A DNA stretch of 64,000 nucleotides from a virus (lineage: Duplodnaviria; Caudoviricetes), in the IMG/VR virus record IMGVR_UViG_3300038379_000133, positions 800 to 64,799 of that record; one strand, 5' to 3'. This document shows positions 44,452-53,800 of this stretch, piece after piece. The position numbers and the translations under genes are program-made. How positions within the stretch are numbered: the stretch's first letter is position 1; the number at the start of each line of letters is the position of its first letter. The notes under the pieces were generated by a model. The model was not told where the DNA came from. It saw only the letters and a program-made list of their open reading frames with translations, and did no database searches.

Positions 44452-46801
44452 TACGATCAAAGTAACTGCCGAGATAGAAGTCGATAAATCCAAAGTCAAG
44501 AAGTCCGCCGAGGCGATCCAGAAAGAGCTCGAGAAAGAACAGCGCAGAGCTGCGCAGCGCCAGGCAGATGATCTACGGCGCGGAGCAGGTTGGTTTCAGA
44601 CGCGCTCTGGCGCATGGCGCACGCCACAACAGGCATGGCAGGAGAACGCAGCGGTCGTACGCCGCCAGCAAGCTGATGAGCGGCGCGCGCGCAATGAGCA
44701 ACGCGCAGAACAAGAACGCGAAGCAGCCAAGGAACGCCGAGCAGCGCGCGCTGCCAAAACGCGCGAGAGGGAGGACTTAGCAGCAGAGACAAGGCGCATC
44801 AAAACGGAGCGCCGCGTAGCTATGGAGAAACGACGTGCCGATGCAGAGGCTGCGCGCACAATAGAAGCAGGGCGGCGACGAGCAGCGGGCTGGTTCGAGG
44901 ACAGAGAAGGCCGGCTGATCTCGCCGCAAGGCGCATACGAAGAGAACCGACGCCGCACGGCAGCGCTGCGACGGGCTGCTGAAGCAGCAACGAAGAAGCC
45001 GCCGATCATCAAACCGGGCGCATCATCGTCGATAGAGTATCTCTACCGCATGCACGGCTTGCCTACGCCTGACGAGCAGGCCAAGGCTGCTGCGGGGTGG
45101 TTCAAGGATCGCGATGGTCGCTGGGTCAATCCTAATCAGGTGTACATCCAAGACGCGCGACATAGCGCTCGTCGCACGAAAGCCGCGGCGCGCTCGGCGC
45201 AGCAATCACAATTGGCGCAAGCAAATCAAGCCGCAGCAATCATGGGTCTGATCGGCGGCGGTGGTGGCCTAGCTGGTATTGGCGGAGGCATCGGTGGCCT
45301 AGCTAGCGGCAATATCGGCGCCGCGGCCGGTGCGATGATCGGCAAGATGACGTCTTGGGTTCTTGGTCATGCGTTCCCTCTGACAGAGGGCGCGCAGATA
45401 TTCTCGGGCGAGCGCAACGCAGTGAATGCGAACGTTGGTCCCTACTCGGCATCACAACTCATTCACCAATGGAAGGGAACCAGGGGATATACCGCGCGGT
45501 CACGCGGCATGACAGCGCAGCAGTTCTTCGCCAATACCAGAGCCGGTGGACTAGGCGCCGGACTAGGCGCGATGTCCGCAACAGATATGCTCGATCTAGA
45601 GCGGCTAGGTGTCTCGAGCGGACAAGCCGCTGGATTTGGCGGGACCATGCGAGCCATCGGCGTGAAGCCTGGCGAAGTCATGCGAGAGTTTGGACGAGCC
45701 ATGACGATCGCGAAGGCTGCTGGTCTAGGCGACGGTCGATTCGCACAGGCGCTTGCTCCGCTCGAGGCCATATCGGCTCATCTTCTTCAGCTCGGCAACA
45801 GGCAAGGCGCGGCCGGCCTGTCGCGCTACGCAACGATGGGATTGCAACGTGGTTACACCGGAGCGCATGGCCTTGGCGTGGGAATGGGCATCGTGTCAAG
45901 CATGCGAGGAGCTGCGATAGACGAGGATCCGATCACGCTGCTCGCGTACGGCGCCGATCGAATAGGCGGCTTGCGCGCATTGGCGAAAGCAAGCGAGGGG
46001 CGACCGCAAGACGTCGAAGCCGCGATGCAACGCATGGGCGCGACGCCTGGCGGCGCGTTGTCCTACATCATGCGGCGCGTGCGACAGGGCGTGTCATTCT
46101 CGGCAGCGCAGCGCGAATTGTACGGGCGTCCATCCGCTGTCGCTAAACCATCGAACATCGCGTGGGAAGCAGCTAAACTGGAGGACGCACCTGGCGCGTG
46201 GCAGCTTGGTGCTGAACGCAACGTCGATTACATGACTGGACGCCTAGGCGAACGATTCGTGCCAGCACTCGATGCATGGCGCACGTTCATGCGAAGGGAC
46301 TCAGAGAAAGCCCTGAAATGGATACTGGACACGTTTGTTCCTGGCTTGAACGCCGGGACTGTACTGTCTACGCCGGCCTATGGATCGCCACGGCAAACGC
46401 TGTCATGGGCGCAACAAGAGAAGCCGCGTGTCGCAAAGGCGCTGTCCAAAGCGCGCGTGGCGCTCGGCCAGATGCCAGATTTGGCAGAGTGGCTCGAGCG
46501 CAAGGGACCGCAATCTGGCGACGAGTCGGACTGGCGCGGACAGTATGAGTCCGAGATGAGGGCTGCAAGGAGCGCAGTGTCGAACCTAGAATCCCGCCAG
46601 AATGCCATCACGATTCATGAACAAGTCGCGAAGAGACTCATCGCTGCCAGGAAAGGATATACGCCGGACCTACAAATCGCCTTGGGGCAGCTATTCGATG
46701 CGAGCACAGGGCACGATGCCTTCGTCGCGAACCCCGTGGCATTGAAAACCAATCAAATACTCGAGCGCATCCTGCGCGCGATCGAAAAACAGAAGAAATA
46801 A
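44444..46801 (+). CDS. Tape measure-like protein
   Basis: Position; charged helical N-terminus, Gly/Ala-rich middle. Confidence 0.8.
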   Translation: MADTIKVTAEIEVDKSKVKKSAEAIQKELEKEQRRAAQRQADDLRRGAGWFQTRSGAWRTPQQAWQENAAVVRRQQADERRARNEQRAEQEREAAKERRAARAAKTREREDLAAETRRIKTERRVAMEKRRADAEAARTIEAGRRRAAGWFEDREGRLISPQGAYEENRRRTAALRRAAEAATKKPPIIKPGASSSIEYLYRMHGLPTPDEQAKAAAGWFKDRDGRWVNPNQVYIQDARHSARRTKAAARSAQQSQLAQANQAAAIMGLIGGGGGLAGIGGGIGGLASGNIGAAAGAMIGKMTSWVLGHAFPLTEGAQIFSGERNAVNANVGPYSASQLIHQWKGTRGYTARSRGMTAQQFFANTRAGGLGAGLGAMSATDMLDLERLGVSSGQAAGFGGTMRAIGVKPGEVMREFGRAMTIAKAAGLGDGRFAQALAPLEAISAHLLQLGNRQGAAGLSRYATMGLQRGYTGAHGLGVGMGIVSSMRGAAIDEDPITLLAYGADRIGGLRALAKASEGRPQDVEAAMQRMGATPGGALSYIMRRVRQGVSFSAAQRELYGRPSAVAKPSNIAWEAAKLEDAPGAWQLGAERNVDYMTGRLGERFVPALDAWRTFMRRDSEKALKWILDTFVPGLNAGTVLSTPAYGSPRQTLSWAQQEKPRVAKALSKARVALGQMPDLAEWLERKGPQSGDESDWRGQYESEMRAARSAVSNLESRQNAITIHEQVAKRLIAARKGYTPDLQIALGQLFDASTGHDAFVANPVALKTNQILERILRAIEKQKK

Positions 46802-49092
46802 TGATCCGTCGCACGCACACACGTTTAGCGCTCGTCACTTACCCGCACGACAGCGAGAAGCCGGTCGAATTGTCCCGGCGCGTGCATGCGTTCTCGATCT
46901 CCAAGAACAAAGCATCGGTGGGTCAAGCCTCGTTCCGTGTTCTCGGTGGAGCCAATCTGCACAACGTCGTGCAGCCCGGAGATTGGCTCGCAGCCTGGGT
47001 GGATACCGGAGAGGGGAGGGGGCTCGAATGGGTCTTCTTCGGGCAACTCGACGCTGTATCTCGAGTGCAAGAGTCGTATCCAGATGGGTCTGAGATGACA
47101 AGCATGTTCGAGCTGGCAGCCAGCGACTTTCAAATCGCAGTCGATCAGTGCCAGCTATTTTCTAATGCGTGGTTTCAGGTGCGTCGGGACATGTCTATCG
47201 ACGCGAACCTATCCATCAATCTCACGCAAGGCGGCTTCGGCTTGGCGCCTGGATACTTCTTGCAGGGCAGTCCCGCGGCGTTCGTCGAATATCTACTCAT
47301 ATCGATCGGTGGCTTCGCCAAACAATTCACGCTTCCGAAGTCGATGCCGGTCGATCGCGAAGCGATCATGGCGAAGCGCAAGATCCTGCTCTCTCGGGGA
47401 CTGCGCCTCGTCCCAAAGGATACTGTAGATCAGCACCTAGGCTGGGAGTTCACGACCACGGGGCTCGACGAGCCCAATGCCTATCAGCGAGTCGTCGAGG
47501 CCGTAGAAGCTATCGAGCGCGAGTCCAAAGCGCAAGGCCGGTCCAAGGAGCTACTAGATGCGCTCGAGCTGCGCGTGCTGGCTGGGCTTCTGCGGACCCT
47601 CTCGGACTCAGCGCCCATTACGCTGATGGACCTATTGTCGTTCGACTTTATAGAACACGGAGCTGTAGCCGGATGGTACATGACACGTGGGGTCATGGGT
47701 GGCACGGTCAATATGAGCCTTGGCGATCTGCTCCGAGAATACCAGAACGGGATCGTTAACGAGCTCATCTTTGACTTGCGCCCGGTAGCTGCCGGGCAGA
47801 ATCAGCGCTTCGGTAATGCCGATCTCATCAGTGCGCCAGTGGATTACGTCGCGACGCCAGATATGCTAGGCGGCAGCGGCGGAACTACGGATGTGTCAAG
47901 CGACGTAGGAGCAGTGCAGTACGTTCCAGCGGTAGTCATGCGCGAGCATCCGTTCTCTGTCGTGCCCGGAGTCGATCTGTCTCACGTGCGAGTCTACGAT
48001 AAGGATCTACTCGCGCTGGTCCAGTCTTCTCGTAAGAGCGGACCGAAGATTGATGATACAGAGACATTCGGGTTCATTCCATTCGGGCCGATCTTTGCGC
48101 AACAGCGTACTGGTAGTGGAGATGCAACGGCTCGCGTCCTGTACGACTATCGCTATCTGATCGGCCTCGACATGGACGTACCCAATGAATGCACGCTCGG
48201 CTGGAACCCATCGACGCGCACCTCTTCGACGAGCGGGGATGTGTCGGCGCTCGCGCCCATCAAGCACCTAGACGTCTCAGTCGTGCGAGACGACGAGATC
48301 CTCAGCGATGCACGCACCAGAGCGCGCGGCGCTGTAGCGAACATTATCTCCATGTACTCACGCAGCGTCGATCCAGTTCTCGCTCGGCTGTGGATGACAG
48401 ACGTGCTGCCGATCACCAACGGCGTGTCTATTCAGCGCTATGGCATACGTTCGCTAGAGCTACCCACGCTGTTCTTGGACTTCCCGACGGAGTATACGCG
48501 TCGAGCAGACAACGCGTTGCGACTCAAAGATCAGCCCTCGCAGGAGATGCGCGTATCGTCAGTGCGCTGGGCGCTGCTGGTAGATCATTGGGTCCAGCAT
48601 GCGCCAGAGTATCTGCACGGCACGATCACACTCGGTCGCGTGCGCGCTGACGTACGCGTAGGCTACCGTCTTGATGAACCGGATCGGCGTCTCTCTAGTT
48701 ACGTGGAGGCATGGCAGATCGACGGCGACGTCATGGACGATGGCGCTGTGCGCGGGCAGACACGCTTGACTCTCTCGCGCGGGCAACGCACCGATCCGTT
48801 CCCGGTCTACGTACCACCGTTTCTTCCAGAGCGGCGACTGGACACCACGCCGGCGTCTGCTGTGCCTCCGCAGTCGTCATCGGAGGCCACGCAGGACGCT
48901 CTCGACACCACACCTCCGGCTCCACCATATAGCGGCGACCGATCGCAACAAAGTCGACTAGCGCATACGTTTCCGACGATCGATGCGCCAGGAGACGAGC
49001 CGTCTCAGAGCGGACAGTACCTGAACGAGATAGATTCCTTCCTCCATTATCCAGGTGTGATTGTGCAAGCGCAGGAATGGGTCAAGCCATGA
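46801..49092 (+). CDS. Baseplate hub-like protein
   Basis: SISKNK, VQPGDW, FFGQLD, NELIFDLRP, YGIR, GTITL...RVGYRL. Confidence 0.75.
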   Translation: MIRRTHTRLALVTYPHDSEKPVELSRRVHAFSISKNKASVGQASFRVLGGANLHNVVQPGDWLAAWVDTGEGRGLEWVFFGQLDAVSRVQESYPDGSEMTSMFELAASDFQIAVDQCQLFSNAWFQVRRDMSIDANLSINLTQGGFGLAPGYFLQGSPAAFVEYLLISIGGFAKQFTLPKSMPVDREAIMAKRKILLSRGLRLVPKDTVDQHLGWEFTTTGLDEPNAYQRVVEAVEAIERESKAQGRSKELLDALELRVLAGLLRTLSDSAPITLMDLLSFDFIEHGAVAGWYMTRGVMGGTVNMSLGDLLREYQNGIVNELIFDLRPVAAGQNQRFGNADLISAPVDYVATPDMLGGSGGTTDVSSDVGAVQYVPAVVMREHPFSVVPGVDLSHVRVYDKDLLALVQSSRKSGPKIDDTETFGFIPFGPIFAQQRTGSGDATARVLYDYRYLIGLDMDVPNECTLGWNPSTRTSSTSGDVSALAPIKHLDVSVVRDDEILSDARTRARGAVANIISMYSRSVDPVLARLWMTDVLPITNGVSIQRYGIRSLELPTLFLDFPTEYTRRADNALRLKDQPSQEMRVSSVRWALLVDHWVQHAPEYLHGTITLGRVRADVRVGYRLDEPDRRLSSYVEAWQIDGDVMDDGAVRGQTRLTLSRGQRTDPFPVYVPPFLPERRLDTTPASAVPPQSSSEATQDALDTTPPAPPYSGDRSQQSRLAHTFPTIDAPGDEPSQSGQYLNEIDSFLHYPGVIVQAQEWVKP

Positions 49093-50153
49093 TGCACGAG
49101 GACTCATCGTTTGAGGACATAGGCAGCGAACCTCGTTCTCGGCGCGCTGCGTGGCCTGCTGTTGGCATCGTGTGGGAAGTGCTCGACTCGGACGACGTGC
49201 GCAATACGCGCACAGGCTGGAACGGCGCGGACAGGGCACACGCCCGAGAGGCTATCGTCCTAATCATCGACGATGGAATGAGCGATCAGCTCTATACGTT
49301 ACCTCGTCCTGCGCTCATTGGGTGCGCACGCCCGATCGGCGTTGATCAATACGAGGAGCGCCCTGTACGCGGATGCTCAGCCTTTCTACGCGGCGGGTTG
49401 CTTCCGAACGGTATCGACCGCCGCGACATCCTGGAGCTAGATGGCGATTGGTGCCTCGTGTCATTCGTCGGCGGTGACTGGAACAAGCCGGTCATCATCG
49501 GGTGGATCCCGCATCCGGCGAACGTCGATGATCCTGGAACCGGCGCGCGTGACGAAGCATCGTATCTCGATCAGCGCGGTCGCTCATTCGAGCGCACGGC
49601 CGGGGTTCGCACGACCGTAGCACCCTCCGGCGACACGACGATTGATCGACGCGAGGCTGGGCGTACGCTCGTTCCGGGCGCAGGCGGGCACACCTTCCGC
49701 GTCCCGACAGTCGGTGGCAGCCTGCGACACCTCATGCGCTACGGGCAAGGCGTCTCGCTCGACTGGCGCGATCCAGCGCCGACGCAATACGAGACGCAAC
49801 CGAATCCTCGACCGAAGAACGCGACCGACGAACCGAAGCTCCCGGACGCTGCCTACGCGTCGATGACGGACGAGATTGCCGAGATCGTCGCTGGCAAAGT
49901 GCTTCGGCTCATGTGCCGTGGAGGCGCCGGGGCAGTGCTCGTCGGCGGCACGCCGGAAGATCCACCCACTGAGCAGGCGATCCTTGGCAACTCGCACGCC
50001 GGCACGCACGCTGCGCTGTCGTCATTCCTCAGCGCGTTTGCCTCGGCGTATAATGCTCACCTGGCAGCGCACCATGCTGGTGAACCGCCGTTTGCAGCAA
50101 CTGTACCGGCAATGCCGAGCGCTGATCTGTCGCAACGGGTAGTCGTCAAGTGA
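49089..50153 (+). CDS. Baseplate central spike (gp5/gpV OB-fold-like)
   Basis: LDGDWCLVSFVGGDWNKPVIIGWIPHP; C-terminal QAILGN and HH. Confidence 0.75.
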   Translation: MMHEDSSFEDIGSEPRSRRAAWPAVGIVWEVLDSDDVRNTRTGWNGADRAHAREAIVLIIDDGMSDQLYTLPRPALIGCARPIGVDQYEERPVRGCSAFLRGGLLPNGIDRRDILELDGDWCLVSFVGGDWNKPVIIGWIPHPANVDDPGTGARDEASYLDQRGRSFERTAGVRTTVAPSGDTTIDRREAGRTLVPGAGGHTFRVPTVGGSLRHLMRYGQGVSLDWRDPAPTQYETQPNPRPKNATDEPKLPDAAYASMTDEIAEIVAGKVLRLMCRGGAGAVLVGGTPEDPPTEQAILGNSHAGTHAALSSFLSAFASAYNAHLAAHHAGEPPFAATVPAMPSADLSQRVVVK

Positions 50154-51949
50154 ACGTTCCCTACCAACGCCAATTACTAGACATCGAGCCTGACGCGTCG
50201 ATGTGGTCTACGCAGGGTGCGCTGCTCTACTCGCTCGCAATCGTCTCAGCCGATGCTCTATCAGGACGCTTCGCTACGCAAATAGGTCTTGGCGCGGCCG
50301 GGCTCGACGACGACGTGACGCGCGAATTCGCGTTCCCGTATGTGCAGTCCGTAGATGACTCTGAGCCGCCTGCTACGACGCTTCGCTTTTTGCTTGCCAA
50401 TGGGGTCCACCTCGAGCATCGGGGTTTGCGTCAAAAATTAGTCAACGTCTCAGGCACGACCGGCCTACGTCCGTACTCTGTCCCTGGTACGACCATCCCG
50501 GTTCTAGGCACGCGGATTCCGTTCAGCGGTGGCGAGACAGGGGTCACCGAGGAGCGCACCGGGCTGACGGACCTCGCGGAACTGCGCAATCTGTTTCGTG
50601 CGTGGTTCCGCATTCAGACCGACGTGGACAAGAGACGCGCGCTCAGGCTCGTCTGGCTCGATGCCTACCTCAACGACGCGTGGGTCGTCGAGGTGCTCAA
50701 GCCCGGGCTCCGTCTGGATCGCGTAGCTGGGCGACCGATGACTACGGCCTGGTCGTTCTCTCTCGTAGGGCTCGAGCAGATCAATGCCTTCGTGCTGCCA
50801 AGCGAGGCCGACTCTACCAAGGAAGGCGGCTTTGGTGGGTTCCTGAAGCGCATCACGGACTTCACGAATACTTTGCGCCAGGGCTTGGCCGACGTCTCGT
50901 CGCTCATCGAGCGCGCGGCTGGTGTCACTCAGTTGACGCTCAACACGTTCCTCGGCCCGGCATCAGCGGTGCTCGACGGCCTGCGAGGGATCGTCGGCGG
51001 AGTACAGCGGTTCTTGACTATTCCACGCAACACGGTCATCTCGATCGCGAACGATTTTATTGGATTCCTGAACACGATCGATACGTTAGCCAACTATCAA
51101 GTCAATCCATTTTTCGCCGGCGGCGGATTGTCAGAAGTGCGACTGCTGCAAAGCTCCGGGCGAGCGATGGTACACACGCTGCGGCGCATCGCTGCGGAGC
51201 CGAGGCTCTTCGGCGTAGACCTACCGTCAGCGCTTCAGAATCGCGCCCAGCGCTACGCGAGACCGGACGTCGCTGATAGAGGACGCGGGGACATGCAACG
51301 CGTTCCTGGGGCGAATACGGGCGCCAGGCAGGGTGTCGTATTCGGTGGCGAAGACATCTACGCTGCGGCGCGACGCATCCTCGGAGACGCTCGGCGCTGG
51401 CGCGAGCTCGTCGTGCTCAACTCGCTTCGGCCGCCGTACATCGCGGCGAGCGGCAACGGTACGGATGTCTTGCGCCCTGGTGACCCGATCCTCTACCCGT
51501 CGCGGAACGACGGGATCGAGGTCAACACGCAGGTCACGGATGACACAGCGCGCATTGCGAGCCGGCTCGGGCAGGATGTGCGCCTCTTGGGCACGCCTGG
51601 CATGGCTACGCAAGCTAGCGATTTTGCGATCGACAGCGGGGATCTGGCGTTGATCCACGGCCAAGACAACTACGGCCAGGCGCTAGCGATGCTGTTTGCG
51701 ACACCGATTGGTGCGCTACCCCTGCACCCGACATATGGTATACCTTGGGTCACAGGCGCGAAGCAGCGCTTGACGACGGTGTCCGAGTGGAACCTACGCG
51801 CGCGCGGGGCGCTGCTATCGGACCCAAGGACTGCTAAGGTCGATCGCTTCGGCGTGACGTATCGAGGCAATGCCGTTCATGTATCGGCGCGAGTGACGTC
51901 GATCGACGGCGACGATGGAACAGCCCGGATGTGGGCGATACGGCGCTAA
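50150..51949 (+). CDS. Baseplate protein: tube-initiator/LysM-like region fused to a gp25-like C-terminus
   Basis: LGDARRWRELVVLNSLRPPYI..PGD (LysM-like); GDLALIHGQDNYGQAL...TPIGALPLHPTYG (gp25-like). Confidence 0.75.
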   Translation: MNVPYQRQLLDIEPDASMWSTQGALLYSLAIVSADALSGRFATQIGLGAAGLDDDVTREFAFPYVQSVDDSEPPATTLRFLLANGVHLEHRGLRQKLVNVSGTTGLRPYSVPGTTIPVLGTRIPFSGGETGVTEERTGLTDLAELRNLFRAWFRIQTDVDKRRALRLVWLDAYLNDAWVVEVLKPGLRLDRVAGRPMTTAWSFSLVGLEQINAFVLPSEADSTKEGGFGGFLKRITDFTNTLRQGLADVSSLIERAAGVTQLTLNTFLGPASAVLDGLRGIVGGVQRFLTIPRNTVISIANDFIGFLNTIDTLANYQVNPFFAGGGLSEVRLLQSSGRAMVHTLRRIAAEPRLFGVDLPSALQNRAQRYARPDVADRGRGDMQRVPGANTGARQGVVFGGEDIYAAARRILGDARRWRELVVLNSLRPPYIAASGNGTDVLRPGDPILYPSRNDGIEVNTQVTDDTARIASRLGQDVRLLGTPGMATQASDFAIDSGDLALIHGQDNYGQALAMLFATPIGALPLHPTYGIPWVTGAKQRLTTVSEWNLRARGALLSDPRTAKVDRFGVTYRGNAVHVSARVTSIDGDDGTARMWAIRR

Positions 51950-53796
51950 TGGCATTCGTCCCGAAAACCGGCACGCAGGTCGGCGAGGAGCTCGAGGCAG
52001 ACCTCAAGGCGCTGACCGCGCTGACGGACTTCAATCCAGGATCTAACGCGAAGGGCATCGTAGAGGCGGTGCAAACGCAGGTCGGAGAAGCCTATTTCCA
52101 GATGACCGAGCTGCTCTCTAGCGTTGACGAGCGCGATGCGTCTGGAACGGGGCTCGATCGCGCAGCAGCGGCCTACGATCTAGAGCGTCTCACGGCGTTG
52201 CCATCGCGCGGCACGGTCTACATCCACGATGACGGACTCATCTATTCGCGCCTGATCGCTAACGTCACGGTAGGCGCTACGTCGCTTCGACTCGACTCAG
52301 CGTTTCGTCTTGGGTCGGACCTGTTCCCGACGAGCGGCTATCCGTACACGGTGCGCATCGACGAATCGCTCGCGACGGAGGAAGACGTGCTCGTGTCGGC
52401 TAACGACACGAGCACGGATACGCTGACGTGCGCAGCTACCCGATTCGAGCACGGCGCTCAAGCACAGGTCGCATACGTCGATGGTAGTTCGGACAAGACT
52501 ATCGCAGCAGGGCTTGTCGTGCACCGCCCTGCGACAACGAGCCGACCTGTTGCGACGCGCTATAGCCTGACAGGCACGGCCATCATCCCGAACGGTAACC
52601 TCGCTAGCAATCCTATTAGCGTCGTGGCTCTCGAGTCTGGCTCGAATGGGAATATCTCTGGCGGCACAGGGCTTGAGTGGGTCTCAGCGTCGCCATTCCC
52701 GACTGCGCTTGTCGTATCTGGCTTGATTAGCGGCGGCCAGGATCGCGAGTTGGATGCTGCGCTACGAGATCGCATGATGGCACAGCGCCAGGCGCTGTCT
52801 CGCGGAACATCGGTTGCGCTGCGATCTGCTGTAGTGGGACTCGTCGATCAAGAGACTAGACGTCGCATCGCAAGTGCATACGTACGACACGATCTCGTGA
52901 ACGACGAGGTCGTTGTATACGTGGACGATGGCGTGAATGCAACACCTGTGACGGTGACCTTGCCCACTGACTCCATCGCAGCCACCATCAGCAGCGGTGC
53001 TGGGTCAGTCTCGCTCGTCAACGGCCTCGATTGGCCTCAATCGGGCTACGCGCTACTATCGCCGGAGAACGCTTCCCAGCTCGAGCTCAAGCAGTTTACG
53101 ACTGTCACGTACGCTACGAGCCCACACGTTGTCACACTCGCTGGTGCTACGGCTAACGGACATGACATTGGAGACGAAATGCTCCAAGTAGAAGTCTTGT
53201 CGTTAGCGACGGAAGAGAATCAGCGGCGCTTTCGCTTGCGACATAGACCCATTGTGTCAGGTAGTCTTAGGCTATGGGTCAACTCTGGCGCTGGTTACGT
53301 GCTACAAACACTTGGCTCGTCGTATCTACTGAACCGAGGCACCGGCGAGATTGAGTTTGTCACCGGGCTTCCGCTAGCTGCGATCGTGGTAGCGCACTAC
53401 GGGTTCTATACAGGGCTCATTGCAGCAGCGCAGTCAGTGCTTGTGGGTAATCTCGATGCGCTTATCGAGCTGCCTGGGTTCTCCGCTGCGGGTGTGCGAG
53501 TCGTAGCTTCGCCGCCCACGATCCGGCGTGTGCGTGTGCGCGGTGCTGTCGCAGCAGTCGGGGGCATTACTGAATCCCAACTACGCCCGTTGGTGCAGGA
53601 GCGCATCGAGGCGTACATTACCAATCTAGGCATCGGTGCGGATGTCGTGCTCGCGCGGCTTATCGAAGCAGCTATGTCAGTGCCAGGCGTCTACGACTTC
53701 GTAGTGCAAGAGCCTTCCGATACGATCGCCATCGCCAATGACGAACGTGCGACTCCGTACGACGAGAGCGGCGGATCTCTCGTAGTGATCTCGTAA
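51949..53796 (+). CDS. Baseplate J-like wedge protein with inserted modules
   Basis: LTDFNPGS, GTGLDR, GSNGNI, GGQDRELD..LRDR, VYVDDG, GIGADVVL. Confidence 0.9.
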   Translation: MAFVPKTGTQVGEELEADLKALTALTDFNPGSNAKGIVEAVQTQVGEAYFQMTELLSSVDERDASGTGLDRAAAAYDLERLTALPSRGTVYIHDDGLIYSRLIANVTVGATSLRLDSAFRLGSDLFPTSGYPYTVRIDESLATEEDVLVSANDTSTDTLTCAATRFEHGAQAQVAYVDGSSDKTIAAGLVVHRPATTSRPVATRYSLTGTAIIPNGNLASNPISVVALESGSNGNISGGTGLEWVSASPFPTALVVSGLISGGQDRELDAALRDRMMAQRQALSRGTSVALRSAVVGLVDQETRRRIASAYVRHDLVNDEVVVYVDDGVNATPVTVTLPTDSIAATISSGAGSVSLVNGLDWPQSGYALLSPENASQLELKQFTTVTYATSPHVVTLAGATANGHDIGDEMLQVEVLSLATEENQRRFRLRHRPIVSGSLRLWVNSGAGYVLQTLGSSYLLNRGTGEIEFVTGLPLAAIVVAHYGFYTGLIAAAQSVLVGNLDALIELPGFSAAGVRVVASPPTIRRVRVRGAVAAVGGITESQLRPLVQERIEAYITNLGIGADVVLARLIEAAMSVPGVYDFVVQEPSDTIAIANDERATPYDESGGSLVVIS

Positions 53797-53800
53797 GAAC

